Shown one piece after another: positions 25,201 through 36,259 of a stretch of 64,000 nt of DNA. The stretch lies in the NCBI GenBank assembly GCA_950097015.1, contig CATNEN010000003.1:2914001-2978000 (forward strand), in the 5' to 3' direction. Source of the DNA: Macrostomum hystrix (Eukaryota > Animalia > Platyhelminthes). A program made the translations under genes and the position numbers. The notes under the pieces are model-generated. The model worked only from the letters and a program-made list of their open reading frames with translations, did not search any database and had not been told where the DNA came from. How positions within the stretch are numbered: the first letter of the stretch is position 1; each line of letters opens with the position of its first letter.

Positions 25201-26606
25201 AGTCATGAATGTGCATGGGGGTTGGTGGTGAGGGTTAGAGGGGTTCGATTAGTCATGAATATGCATGGGGGGTGGTGGAAGGGTTAGAGAGTTCGATTAG
25301 TGAATGTACATAGGGGTGGTGGTAAGGCTTAGAGGGGTTCGATTAGTCATGAATGTGCATGGGGGTTGGTGGTGAGGGTTAGAGGGGTTCGATTAGTCAT
25401 GAATGTGTATGGGGGTGATGGTAAGGGTTAGAGATGTTGGGTGAGGGATTGCACATTTGGGGGGAAAAGGTTTTAGGGTTCGATCAGTTAATGAAGATGG
25501 GGTTGATGGTAAGGGGTTGATGGGTTCGATTTTCAGGGTAGGGTGGATGTCGTTAATTCGATTTCGGAGGTACTGTACATTTGGGTTAAGTAGGCTATCA
25601 GCCAATCGCAGCCACCCTAACGCCCGCAGGTTTGCACAACTTCTCCAGTGACGTCAGCGAGATGCTGGGCAGCCAGCCCTGGATTGGTTGGCGAGTTCTC
25701 TGGAAAGTGATTACGCCAATCATTCTGCTGGTGCTGTCAATTTACAGCCTGTTCAATGTGTCCAATCCGATGATGCAGTACAGCAATGGAGATTTCTACA
25801 TTTATCCCAGCCACACGAAGTATCTGGGCTGGCTTGTGGTGCTGTCCAGCATCAGCTTCATCCCCATATTCGCTGTGTGGACAGTGATCCGAATGAACGG
25901 ACGGACGCTTAGAGAGGTGAGCCGATTGAGTGACGGGATTTTTAATGTTGTTGCTTCCACATTCAGAGTACAGCTGTTCAGTCCATGGACTGGGGGGACG
26001 CCTACCCTCAATTATCCCAGTCTCCACAGCTAATACTGGTACCTACTTAACAGCTGGGTGAACTGAACGTAAGGGGATCGGATGTTTTAGTCGCGGATAC
26101 AACGAGTTTCTCGCCGGCTGAGATTCCAACTTCTGACCTCTAGGGTCTGGGGTTCTAGACGTTATGGTCTGGAACCCAGTGTTTTATTTCCTGGAAAATA
26201 AATAAATTATCTGACCTTTCTTGGTATCTATCATTCATCGATTCATAAAAATGTTCTGAGGTATTTGTTCAATAATATAAACTCGGACTCAAGACTTGAA
26301 GGTCGGGGGTTCGATTCCCGAAACCACTGGAACTCTTCTGTGCAATTATAAAAACGGAGTAACTTCTGGAAGCAAATATTGCACAAAATAATGCTAAATT
26401 TAATTGCAGAAAATTGCATTATCAATTTCACCGGCTCGAGAGCACGACAAAATACGCGAACAGGGCAGAGTAGCCAGGTTCAAGGTGAGATTTGTGTCTT
26501 CTGCCAGTGTGAACTATGTAGTGTAGAAGGCAAAAAGTGTTTATACATCATGTGAAATAATTGTTTCTCTATCATTTTTCAGCTGCATCACTGGCTCGAG
26601 TTTTGA
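13203..26606 (+). CDS. SLC6 Na+/Cl- dependent monoamine transporter, DAT/NET/octopamine-transporter type, 640 aa
   Basis: Exons 13203-13464, 13544-13678, 14303-14585, 15661-15799, 16343-16477, 16649-16877, 24273-24526, 24619-24718, 25630-25916, 26410-26484 and 26583-26606 splice in frame (1923 nt). Motifs: [26 protein letters not shown] (TM1 Asp of monoamine transporters), EL2 Cys pair, [18 protein letters not shown], and a DAT/NET-like C-terminus RFKLHHWLEF*. Confidence 0.92.
13865..14207. repeat. G-rich minisatellite, 38-bp unit (SLC6 intron 2)
   Basis: GGGTGTCGGTTATTCAAGAGCTTGGCTTGTGGGGTGGT. Confidence 0.93.
14735..14921 (-). mobile_element. tRNA-derived SINE family C copy (CORE-like body)
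   Basis: Minus-strand head TGGTTAGAGCATCGG...GGTTCGATTCC. Body ACAGCTGGGTGAACTGAAGCAATGCAGAGTTAAGTGTC. Distal palindrome CAGTCCATGGACTG. A homologous copy lies at 25968-26180. Confidence 0.75.
15824..16322. repeat. Minisatellite, 23-bp unit (fills SLC6 intron 4)
   Basis: TCATCAGTTTGATGACCCTGCAC. Confidence 0.97.
17023..17312 (+). repeat. 5' LTR of BEL/Pao element
   Basis: TGGTTTAAAGAG...GCTCACAAACA, a direct repeat of 23675-23964 with one mismatch seen (GCGTTG vs GCGTCG). Confidence 0.95.
17315..17333 (+). promoter_or_regulatory. Primer-binding site, initiator tRNA-Met type
   Basis: TGGTAGCAGAG is complementary to the conserved 3' end (CUCUGCUACCA) of metazoan tRNAi-Met and starts 2 nt after the 5' LTR. 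Confidence 0.8.
17397..22901 (+). CDS. BEL/Pao gag-pol polyprotein (Gag, zinc knuckles, protease, RT, RNase H, integrase) interrupted by one in-frame TGA at 17904-17906
   Basis: ORFs 17397-17906 and 18006-22901 share a frame, with 33 open codons between them. Motifs: IPTFYGD Gag; CVVC..H..C, CFRC..H..C and C...C..HH..H knuckles; ALLDDAS protease; YMDD RT; FVDAS RNase H; HHCC plus VDFGGP/SDNGTNF/GVHES integrase. Confidence 0.93.
23675..23964 (+). repeat. 3' LTR of BEL/Pao element
   Basis: Direct repeat of 17023-17312, preceded by the polypurine tract and followed by the TSD CGGCC. Confidence 0.95.
24860..25432. repeat. G-rich minisatellite, ~45-48-bp alternating units (SLC6 intron 8)
   Basis: GGGTTAGAG(G/A)GTTCGATTAGT(CAT)GAAT(G/A)T(A/G)CAT..GGGGTGGTGG variants. 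Confidence 0.92.
25968..26180 (-). mobile_element. SINE family C copy
   Basis: Shares TGTTCAGTCCATGGACTGGGGGGACGCC...CCCTCAATTA...TTAACAGCTGGGTGAACTGAA with 14735-14921. Further fragments occur at ~12300-12370, ~26284-26330 (+) and ~56030-56135. Confidence 0.7.
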
Positions 26607-26975
26607 ATCCGAGCGCAACCTTTTGTGTGTTATTTATCAAGTCAACAGCTATAGCTTGGCAATATTATCAACTAATCTATCTGTAAATAGCAACCAAAAC
26701 AAAAAACATGTCGGTTTTTTCATTTAGGAAACTAGCTAATATTATATTTCTAGCACTATATATATATTTTGCATATTTGACAGTGCATTATCAACCATCG
26801 AATTGATATGCCTAAAATGAAATTTCATATTATTTTGTGAAAACAAATTCATCGTTATGTTCCTCCTTTAGAGTTTATAAAAAGTTTTTGTGCTTTTTCA
26901 AATTTCATCTAATTTTCAACACATCATCAACATTTTATAACCCTCCATATTATATATAAGAGTAAAGGGCACGAT

Positions 26976-27538
26976 GAACGAGTGTAAATAAGGATTTGGG
27001 GTATGGGGGGTTAGCGAGGAACGAGTGTAAATAGGGGTCCTAGGGGTATGAGGGGGTTAGCGAGGAACGAGTGTAAATAGGGGTCCTAGGGGTATGAGGG
27101 GGTTAGCGAGGAACGAGTGTAAATAGGGGTCCTAGGGGTATGAGGGGGTTAGCGAGGAACGAGTGTAAATTGGGGTCCTAGGGGTATGAGGGGGTTAGCG
27201 AGGAACGAGTGTAAATTGGGGTCCTAGGGGTATGAGGGGGTTAGCGAGGAACGAGTGTAAATTGGGGTCCTAGGGGTATGAGGGGGTTAGCGAGGAACGA
27301 GTGTAAATAGGGGTCCTAGGGTATGAGGGGGTTAGCGAAGAACGAGTGTAAATAGGGGTCCTAGGGTATGAGGGGGTTAGCGAAGAACGAGTGTAAATAG
27401 GGGTCCTAGGGGTATGAGGGGGTTAGCGAGGAACGAGTGTAAATAGGGGTCCTAGGGGTATGAGGGGGTTAGCGAGGAACGAGTGTAAATAGGGGTCCTA
27501 GGGGTATGAGGGGGTTAGCGAGGAATGAGCGTAAATAG
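26976..27538. repeat. G-rich minisatellite, 46-bp unit
   Basis: GAACGAGTGTAAATAGGGGTCCTAGGGGTATGAGGGGGTTAGCGAG. Confidence 0.95.
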
Positions 27539-28254
27539 GAAATAGTCATTGAGGAATGAAGTTAAAAAGTGTACAATGTCACTATTATGACCCACTATTA
27601 TCTTTGTAAATGTTTTTTATATTTAAAACTAACGTTTGTTTTAACACATATTTTACGTAAATTTTATTTTAGAATAGTATTCTAATGTGTATGCCTAATT
27701 TCTTAGCATTAATTACAGTTTATAAAATTCGCAAAAACATCAAATGTTTTTTACATAATCCTTTGATTTTAAATATAAAAAACACAAATAACTGTCTAAG
27801 AGCAAGCTGTTATGTTTCATGAACGAAATAAAATTCGAATAGACACAGTTGGTTATTTAATATTGTTTATATTGTCGGTCAATTTTATGAGGAACATTAA
27901 CAAACATAATATTTATGCATGTGAATAAAAACAATAGCTATAGCAATAATATATCAAGTTCAACTGTTTATGCAAGCCCATTATTCAAGGTAGTTAAGAA
28001 TCCAAAGTGAAGAGGTAAAAATAGTGATCTGTATAAGTACATGGTTAAATGATAAGCCAAAGCAGGAAAACTTCTGCAACTAAAGCTAATTAGTAAAATA
28101 TTTCTCAACAAATTCACAGAACATAAAAATAAGAAGATAATATTGTCATGCTTTGCGCATTCTCTGGTCAAAATATATTATTAAAAAATTGGATTGGTCT
28201 AATGAGGTGTCTAGAACAAAACAACACTTGCAAAATAAATGATCAAATGATTTA

Positions 28255-28495
28255 GCGTCGAGCGAGTGTACATTGGGGTCGGCAGGGTATGAGGGAGCTA
28301 GCGCGGAATGAATGTACACTCGGGTGTGAGGGAGCTAGCGCGGAATGAATACACACTTAAGTGTGAGGGAGCTAGGGCGGAATGAATGTACACTCGGGTA
28401 TGAGGGAGCTAGCGCGGAATGAATGTACACTCGGGTATGAGGGAGCTAGCGCGGAATGAATGTACACTCGGGTGTGAGGGAGCTAGCGTGGAGTC
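28255..28495. repeat. Minisatellite, 37-bp unit
   Basis: GAGGGAGCTAGCGCGGAATGAATGTACACTCGGGTAT. Confidence 0.92.
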
Positions 28496-29617
28496 AGTGT
28501 ACGATTAGATTAGATCTGTGCAGTTTGATGGGTTTAACACTAAATGAGGATTTTTCTTCAATAAGTTAGGATTTTTGAGACCTCATCGAGATTGTAAAGC
28601 AATAAACAGACACAAAAATCAGGTGAGAAAAAGGAGAGAAAGGACCAAAAGCATGCTAATAACGAAAATATCGGTGAAACACCAATATTGGTTATCTACA
28701 CCAACAACCGAAGACGAATACAAGGAAAAGAAAAAGGTGAGAAAAATTCACGAAATACGGAAATGACAATAGAATAAATAGTAAATCTATTTTAATCCAC
28801 TAAATAGTATATATATTGGCACAAACACCGACAAAAATACGACAACATAGCGATGCGCATTAAATGATTTAATAATTATATTATCAAGTAAATTCATTTA
28901 AAAAACCAATAGCACAATAGACCAGCACCAATTACAACACAACATTCTAAGGAATAGAAAAATTAAGTACTTTTTTAGATATGGCAGGAATTAGCTTCTT
29001 TAACTAACAGACTAGACCTAGTCTAATCATAAAATCCTAGATGCCTAAGCTAATATTGAAGGGCACAGACTGTTAGAAATTTGCTTCTCGCTTCTTCTAC
29101 ATTAGTAAACAAAAAATTCTGACTCTAAAACCGCATATTTCTACTGACCAATTTAATTAAGTAGTAAAGCTAAGTGACGACAAGATGAATTGTGCAATGA
29201 AAAGTTAATAAATAGCAAAAAACACAAAAATAAGTAGAGTAGACGACGCATCACAGTTTACAAACAAAATCGACGTGTAAAATAATACGGCACAAAAGTC
29301 CACAAAAAACTGTTAGCAACGAGAGAAACCGTTGAAAATGAGAATAAATCACAAAAACACATGTCCAGCACAGGAGGGAAGAGAGGACACAAAGGAAAAA
29401 ACGAGACACCAAAAGTTGAGAGAAATTGTTTTAACACGGAAGACGCTCTACGGTGGTTTAAATTTTTTTGCCTCCAAGAAACGAATTTCAATATTATTAC
29501 TGGTTATTTATTGTATTAATAGTTTTATTAAAAAAACAAGACGACCAACTAGACTACTTATAGTAGTTAAAGTCGAGTTAAGTAGCAGTTTGCGAAGTTA
29601 ATAAACTTCGATCTAAA

Positions 29618-31123
29618 TTAACAAGCGCAGCCGGATTGCTTGCCAGAGCCCACGTTGCGTTTATTGCTGCGCTTAATTGGCAGCTGGCTCTTATCTACCG
29701 ATTGTTCAATGCGCAGCATCACCAGATCCAGAAGTTTCTCAACAGCGAATTCCACTTTTTCACCAGTGGCCGCGCTAGTCTCGACGTAAGGAATGCTGCG
29801 GGCGGAGCAAGAGAGGGCAGATAGTTTAATGAGGTGATAGACTTGTGCTGGGGGACTGTAGGTGTGAAATGGGGTGGTGGGTGTGTGCTGGAGGGGTTCG
29901 TGTGTAAAATGGGGTGGTGGGCGTGTGCTGGAGGGGTTTGGGTGTGAAATGGGGTGGTGGGCGTGTGCTGGAGGGGTTTGAGTGTGAAATGGGGTGGTGG
30001 GCGTGTGCTGGAGGGGTTTAAGTGTGAAATGGGGTGGTGGGTTTGTGCTGGATAGATTTGGGTGTGAAATGGGGTGGTGGGTTTGTGCTGGATAGATTTG
30101 GGTGTGAAATGGGGTGGTGGGTTTGCGCCGTAGGGCTCAGAATTTAAAACGACGTGTGGAGTGCTGGGGGTTTAATGATTGAATGTAGGTTGTTGCGTAC
30201 GTATTTAATAGGATGGCGTGTTTTTTCTTAGACAGACGCAGGCTACGAAACCAAGAAGGCTCACTTCAATTCGTCGGCCAGTTTCTGAGCCTCCTCAGTG
30301 CTGACAACCCGTTGACTCTCCAAATCCTTTTTGTTGCCAACAAGAATCATGTCCGGCCGTTCGCAATAGGCGTTGGTCTGCAGCAGGGTCAGCCAGTTGC
30401 GAATATCAGTGAAGCTCTGGTTTGAGGTCAAATCAAATACTAGCAGGAAGCCCATAGCGTCGCGAAAAAATGCCGTGCTTAGTGAACGAAATCTCTCTTG
30501 GCCAGCCGTGTCCCTGAATTAAAGTGATGCAGGAATAAAAAAACTATGAAAATGTGTGTAAAAACTGAACTACAGAAGGGCTACTGCTTACCGAGTGTAT
30601 ATATATTTCTATTTATTAAAAGAAGAAAACCACCCGATCGGTATCTAGCTTATTAATTGGGTATTTGCATGCCCTACTCACTCTACTAATAGTGGCAGTA
30701 AGGTTAAAAATATAAACATATATATAATATGTTTAGGTGATGTCGTCCTTTGTATACTACTTAAAATGGCAGTATAAGTATTTTTATTAGATGTTTATTT
30801 ATTAGCTTTTTTATCTATTCTAAGTTATCCGACACTATAAATAGCTCGAAGCCTCACCACAACTGCAAGTGAACACGCTGCGATTCGCCGATGACGCCGT
30901 CGGACATCTGAGATCGGTGAATGACACGCTTCTGCCGAAAATCGATGCCAACGGTGCTGACAAATTTGGCATTGAAAGTGCCATCAGTGTATTGATAAAG
31001 CAGGGCTGTTTTGCCAACTCCAGAATTTCCCAAAGCTAACAGCTTCACTAGATAGTCATAATCGTCAGCAAATTTCCCCTGGCTAGAATTGGTGTCCGCC
31101 TGTTGAATCATTGAGTCACCCAT
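29618..31123 (-). CDS. RAB27: Rab27 small GTPase, 230 aa
   Basis: Exons 31123-30858, 30513-30265 and 29795-29618 splice in frame. Motifs: [81 protein letters not shown], and C-terminal CAC* (CXC prenylation). Confidence 0.95.
29860..30125. repeat. G-rich minisatellite, 40-bp unit (Rab27 intron)
   Basis: GGTGTGAAATGGGGTGGTGGGCGTGTGCTGGAGGGGTTTG. Confidence 0.93.
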
Positions 31124-31270
31124 TGTTTGCGGTTTGCTGCTTATTTTGTTGCTAATCGATGCAGATCAGTAAAATCGGTGTCACCCTCCGCGCTGAAACA
31201 CAAATATTAAGAAATAAAAGCTAATAAACTGAAAGCCAATTGATAAATCTTCCAGTATAGCACATAACTA

Positions 31271-33024
31271 CGAGGGGTGTTTCAAAAGTAACGAGAATTT
31301 AGTCATAACTTTTTAATGGATAAACTTTTTAACTTGAAATTTTTACCCGATAATTTTGCAAATATGGACAGCACACAGCTTCAGTTGCAACCCTGTCGGT
31401 CTACATGCACCAGTGAAATCGCACATTGAAGTCCAGACCTCGAGATTAAAAATTACGATTTTTGTCTGTGGAAAATAGTGAACAGGTGAACGTGTTTGTT
31501 GTGTCAAAAATCAGCGCCTTCGTCCATTTCTTCAGCGATTTCAGCACGCTCCACAAAGCTGCCATCGAGCTGGATACATTTCTCATAGCGATGCAGCAGT
31601 TTGTCGATTCCCTCCCCCCAAAAACTCGCAGGCAGCGCATGGAGAGATTCGTTGGCCGCCGCAATGACTTCCTGTCGACTGGTGAAGACGCGACCTCGCA
31701 TGGGCTTCTTCATTACTCCAAACAAGTGAAAGTCAGCAATGGCGAGGTCTGGTGAATAAGGTGGATGATTAAGCAGCCGAAAGCCGAGCTCTTCCACTTT
31801 CCTTGTGGTGGCCGCGGCGACGTGAGGGCGAGCGTTGTCCCACAAGATGAAGGGCCTGGCGCGCATGATGCGTCGCTTCTGGAGGATGACTTCACGCAGA
31901 CGAGCAACTTGATCTTGCACGTATGCAGCATTGATGGTGGCCTTGTCTGGCAGGTAGTCGACCATCAGAACCCCACAGGCCTCAAACCACATGGTGCACA
32001 TGATGTTGCGTGTCCATGCCGACTTCATTGGCTTTGTGTGCGGCTGACGGCCCCTGGGCCCCCACTGCATGGACTGCTGCTTAGTCAGTGGATTAAACAT
32101 TGGCAGTGGTGTCTCATCAATACTGATGAGAAGTCGTTTAAACTCCTGATCACCAAGTTGCTGCCACAACTGCAAGTTCTCCGTTGCACATTGAATTCGC
32201 TTTCTTTTGTGGTCCAGGGTCAACTCACGCGGCACCCACTTGGCACAGACTCTCGACCAGTTTATTTCCTTGAGGATGCGGCTCACAGAAGCAATGGAGA
32301 TGCTACAGACCTCCTCAACTTCACGCAATGTGGCAGAAGGATTGGCGCAGAGGTAATCACGGACAATCTGTTTGCTGTTGTCATCCGTTGACGTGCGGGG
32401 GCGACCTGACCTCGGCGCGTCACCACATCCTGTAGCACCCTCGCGGAACGCCTTGCAGTGAGCATAAACCCGCGCTTGCGATAGTGCCTGATCTCCAAAT
32501 GCCTGGTTCAGGTCCCGAGCGATATCGCATGGCTTCTTTCCAAGTTGAACCAGACCAGCGATAAAATGCCGTTGTCCTTCCTTTGATCCAATTTCTGAAT
32601 GATCTTTCGGTCGTTCCATAGTCTCACTTGAAAGCACTTTTCAGTCAAGTCTCTCAGTCAAGCATTTGCAATTTTGAGCAGCCTATGCAGCTTAAAAAAC
32701 AAAAATTCCTAGGCAACTTTGCCCATAAACAGCAGACACCGGAGACAGTATCAGAAGCAGCTGAGTGCATCAGCAGCATCATTAGCAGTTTTCAAGTTCT
32801 AAGCAAGTTCTCAGGTAAATAGACCACAGACAAAAATCGTAATTTTTAATCTCGAGGTCTGGACTTTAATGTGAGATTTCACTAGTGCATGTAGAGCGAT
32901 AGAGTTGCAACTGAAGCTGTGTGCTGTCCATATTTGCAAAATTATCGGGTAAAAATTTCAAGTTAAAAAGTTTATCCATTAAAAAGTTATGACTAAATTC
33001 TCGTTACTTTTGAAACACCCCTCG
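31271..33024 (-). mobile_element. Tc1/mariner DD34D DNA transposon with 201-bp terminal inverted repeats
   Basis: TA target duplication at 31269-31270 and 33025-33026. TIRs start CGAGGGGTGTTTCAAAAGT and span 31271-31471 and 32824-33024. The internal transposase ORF is uninterrupted. Confidence 0.96.
31504..32619 (-). CDS. Mariner transposase (DD34D)
   Basis: First ATG at 32619. Contains HTH regions, RSGRP, WVPREL, catalytic IDET / WDNARPH / YSPDLAIADFHLF, and 34 residues between the 2nd and 3rd Asp. Confidence 0.95.
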   Translation of the reverse strand: MERPKDHSEIGSKEGQRHFIAGLVQLGKKPCDIARDLNQAFGDQALSQARVYAHCKAFREGATGCGDAPRSGRPRTSTDDNSKQIVRDYLCANPSATLREVEEVCSISIASVSRILKEINWSRVCAKWVPRELTLDHKRKRIQCATENLQLWQQLGDQEFKRLLISIDETPLPMFNPLTKQQSMQWGPRGRQPHTKPMKSAWTRNIMCTMWFEACGVLMVDYLPDKATINAAYVQDQVARLREVILQKRRIMRARPFILWDNARPHVAAATTRKVEELGFRLLNHPPYSPDLAIADFHLFGVMKKPMRGRVFTSRQEVIAAANESLHALPASFWGEGIDKLLHRYEKCIQLDGSFVERAEIAEEMDEGADF

Positions 33025-33029
33025 TATAT

Positions 33030-33722
33030 TATCTAACTCTGGTCTCTATTATCTAGTCACTGTAGTAACTATCATCTACTCTCTCTCTTTTTCTCTCATC
33101 CGCTCTCTCTAGCCTCAATAATCTACTCTCTCGTGTCTCACATCTAATCTTTCTTGTCTCTCTCATCTACTCTCTCTGGTCTCTCTTATCTACACTCTCT
33201 GGTCTCTCTTTTCTACTCTCTCCTGTCTCTCTCATCTACACTTTCTCGTGTCTCACATCTACTCTCTCTTGTCTCTCTCATCTACTCTCTCTTGTCTCTC
33301 TCATCTACTCTCTCTGGTCTCTCTCATCTACTCTCTCGGGTCTCTCTCATCTACTCTCTCTGGTCTCTCTTATTTACTCTACCTGGTCTCTCTTATCTAC
33401 TCTACCTGCTCTCTCTTATCTACTCTCTCTTGTCTCTCTCATCTACTCTCTCTGGTCTCTCTCGTGTCTCTCATATGCTCTGTCGTCTTTCTTATCCACT
33501 CTCGCGTTTTTCTCATCTACTCTCTCGTATCTCTCATTAACTCTCTTGTGTCATTCATCAACTCTCTCGTGTCTCACATCTACTCTATCCTGTCTCTCTC
33601 ATCTACTCTACCTGGTCTCTCTTATCTACTCTCTCTGGTCTCTCACATCCACTCTCACTGGTCTCTCTCGTGTCTCTTATATACTCTGTCGTCTTTATTA
33701 TCTACTCTCGTGTTTCTTATCT
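33030..33722. repeat. CT-rich degenerate tandem repeat (~23-bp, ATCTACTCTCTC core)
   Basis: Pyrimidine-rich repeats immediately right of the mariner. Confidence 0.88.
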
Positions 33723-34099
33723 AATCTTTATACATGTTTATAAATCTACATTGTCACTAACTTAACTAAACTTCTCAAAAATCCCACAAAAAAATTATCA
33801 GAAAGATAATTTAGCTGGCAAGTCGCCCAGCTATATCATCAACTGCTGGTTGGCCAAATTTTACTGAATAAGCGCACCAACTACTCCTCGTATTTACACT
33901 GAACAAAATAACGAGAAAGCTACAATAATGAGTTGTAAAATTTAATAACAAAATGCGCAGGTAACTGACTACAGATAAATAGAAAAATTTAAATAAAGAA
34001 GCTATAAAAATGAGTGCACGGGGCTGTTGGACTGTTAAGAGTTGGGGTGGAATAATTTGGAGGACAAATAATCTGTACATTCAGGTGTTGACACTTTCT

Positions 34100-35889
34100 A
34101 TTATAGGAAACTGCCGAGTTTCATTATAGGAAACTGCCGAGTTTTATTATAGGAAACTGCCGAGTTTTATTATTATAGGAAACTGCCTAGTTTCATCATT
34201 ACAGGAAACTGCCGAGTTTCGTCATTACAGGAAACTGCCGAGTTTCGTCATTATAGGAAACTGCCGAGTTTTATTATTATAGGAAACTGCCGAGTTTCAT
34301 TATAGGAAACTGCCGAGTTTCATAATAGGAAACTGCCGAGTTTTATTATAGAAAACTGCCGAGTTTCATTATTATAGGAAACTGCCGAGTTTCATTATTA
34401 TAGGAAACTGCCGAGTTTCATTATAGGAAACTGCCGAGTTTCATAATAGGAAACTGCCGAGTTTTATTATTATAGGAAACTGCCGAGTTTCATTATAGGA
34501 AACTGCCGAGTTTCATTATAGGAAACTGCCGAGTTTCATTATAGAAAACTGCCGAGTTTCATTATTATAGGAAACTGCCGATTTTCATAATAGGAAACTG
34601 CCGAGTTTCATAAAAGGAAACTGCCGAGTTTCATTATAGGAAACTGCCGAGTTTCATTATTATAGGAAACTGCCGAGTTTCATTATAGGAAACTGCCGAG
34701 TTTCATTATAGGAAACTGCCGAGTTTCATTATAGGAAACTGCCGAGTTTCATTATTATAGGAAACTGCCGAGTTTCATAATAGGAAACTGCCGAGTTTCA
34801 TAAAAGGAAACTGCCGAGTTTCATTATAGGAAACTGCCGAGTTTCATTATAGGAAACTGCCGAGTTTCATTATAGGAAACTGCCGAGTTTCATTATAGAA
34901 AACTGCCGAGTTTCATTATTATAGGAAACTGCCGATTTTCATAATAGGAAACTGCCGAGTTTCATAAAAGGAAACTGCCGAGTTTCATTATAGGAAACTG
35001 CCGAGTTTCATTATTATAGGAAACTGCCGAGTTTCATTATAGGAAACTGCCGAGTTTCATTATAGGAAACTGCCGAGTTTCATTATAGGAAACTGCCGAG
35101 TTTCATTATTATAGGAAACTGCCGAGTTTCATTATAGGAAACTGCCGAGTTTCATAATAGGAAACTGCCGAGTTTCATTATAGGAAACTGCCGAGTTTCA
35201 TTATTATAGGAAACTGCCGATTTTCATAATAGGAAACTGCCGAGTTTCATAAAAGGAAACTGCCGAGTTTCATTATAGGAAACTGCCGAGTTTCATTATT
35301 ATAGGAAACTGCCGAGTTTCATTATAGGAAACTGCCGAGTTTCATTATAGGAAACTGCCGAGTTTCATTATAGGAAACTGCCGAGTTTCATTATTATAGG
35401 AAACTGCCGAGTTTCATTATAGAAAACTGCCGAGTTTCATAATAGGAAACTGCCGAGTTTCATTATAGGAAACTGCCGAGTTTCATAATAGGAAACTGCC
35501 GAGTTTCATTATAGGAAACTGCTGAGTTTCATTATAGGAAACTGCCGAGTTTTATTATTATAGGAAACTGCCGAGTTTCATTATAGGAAACTGCCGAGTT
35601 TCATTATAGGAAACTGCCGAGTTTTATTATTATAGGAAACTGCCGAGTTTCATTATAGGAAACTGCCGAGTTTCATTATAGGAAACTGCCGAGTTTTATT
35701 ATTATAGGAAACTGCCGAGTTTCATTATAGGAAACTGCCGAGTTTCATTATAGGAAACTGCCGAGTTTCATTGTAGGAAACTGCCGAGTTTAATTATAGG
35801 AAACTGCTGAGTTTCATTAAAGGAAACTGCCGAGTTTCATTATTATAGGAAACTGCCAAGTTTCGTCATTATAGGAAACTGCCGAGTTT
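34100..35889. repeat. Minisatellite, 23/26-bp unit
   Basis: ATAGGAAACTGCCGAGTTTCATT(ATT). Confidence 0.97.
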
Positions 35890-36259
35890 GATAGATATAT
35901 TACACATTTAAAGTATAAATCTGTATAATCGATATCACACATTGAATTACAGAACTTTAAATGCAAAATTCTACTTAGGAATAGGTCGTTTTCTAGGAAA
36001 GCACCTTTTAAGTAATGTTTGTTTTTACAAAAATATACTTAAGACACCGGTCATGCTACTTTAAGTAAGCTGGAAGAGATAAATATGGTCAGAATTTGGA
36101 GAGAGGAAGTTAAATCTGTGTTACAAATTGAGAATAATTATTATTAAATTGTGTGATTATATTAAACCGAATCAGCTGTCATGAAATCTAACAAAAACTT
36201 GTGCACTAAATAAAAAAGAAATATGAATAACTGCTGATGCAGGACAAACTATGTTAAGT

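Noticed and set aside
24860-27538. Interstitial telomere repeats
   Set aside because: GGGTTAG occurs only once per longer unit, and there is no tandem (TTAGGG)n.
31765-32391. 208-aa antisense ORF in the mariner, and antisense or overlapping ORFs in the BEL and Kirrel exons
   Set aside because: Shadow frames of real coding sequence with no recognisable motifs.
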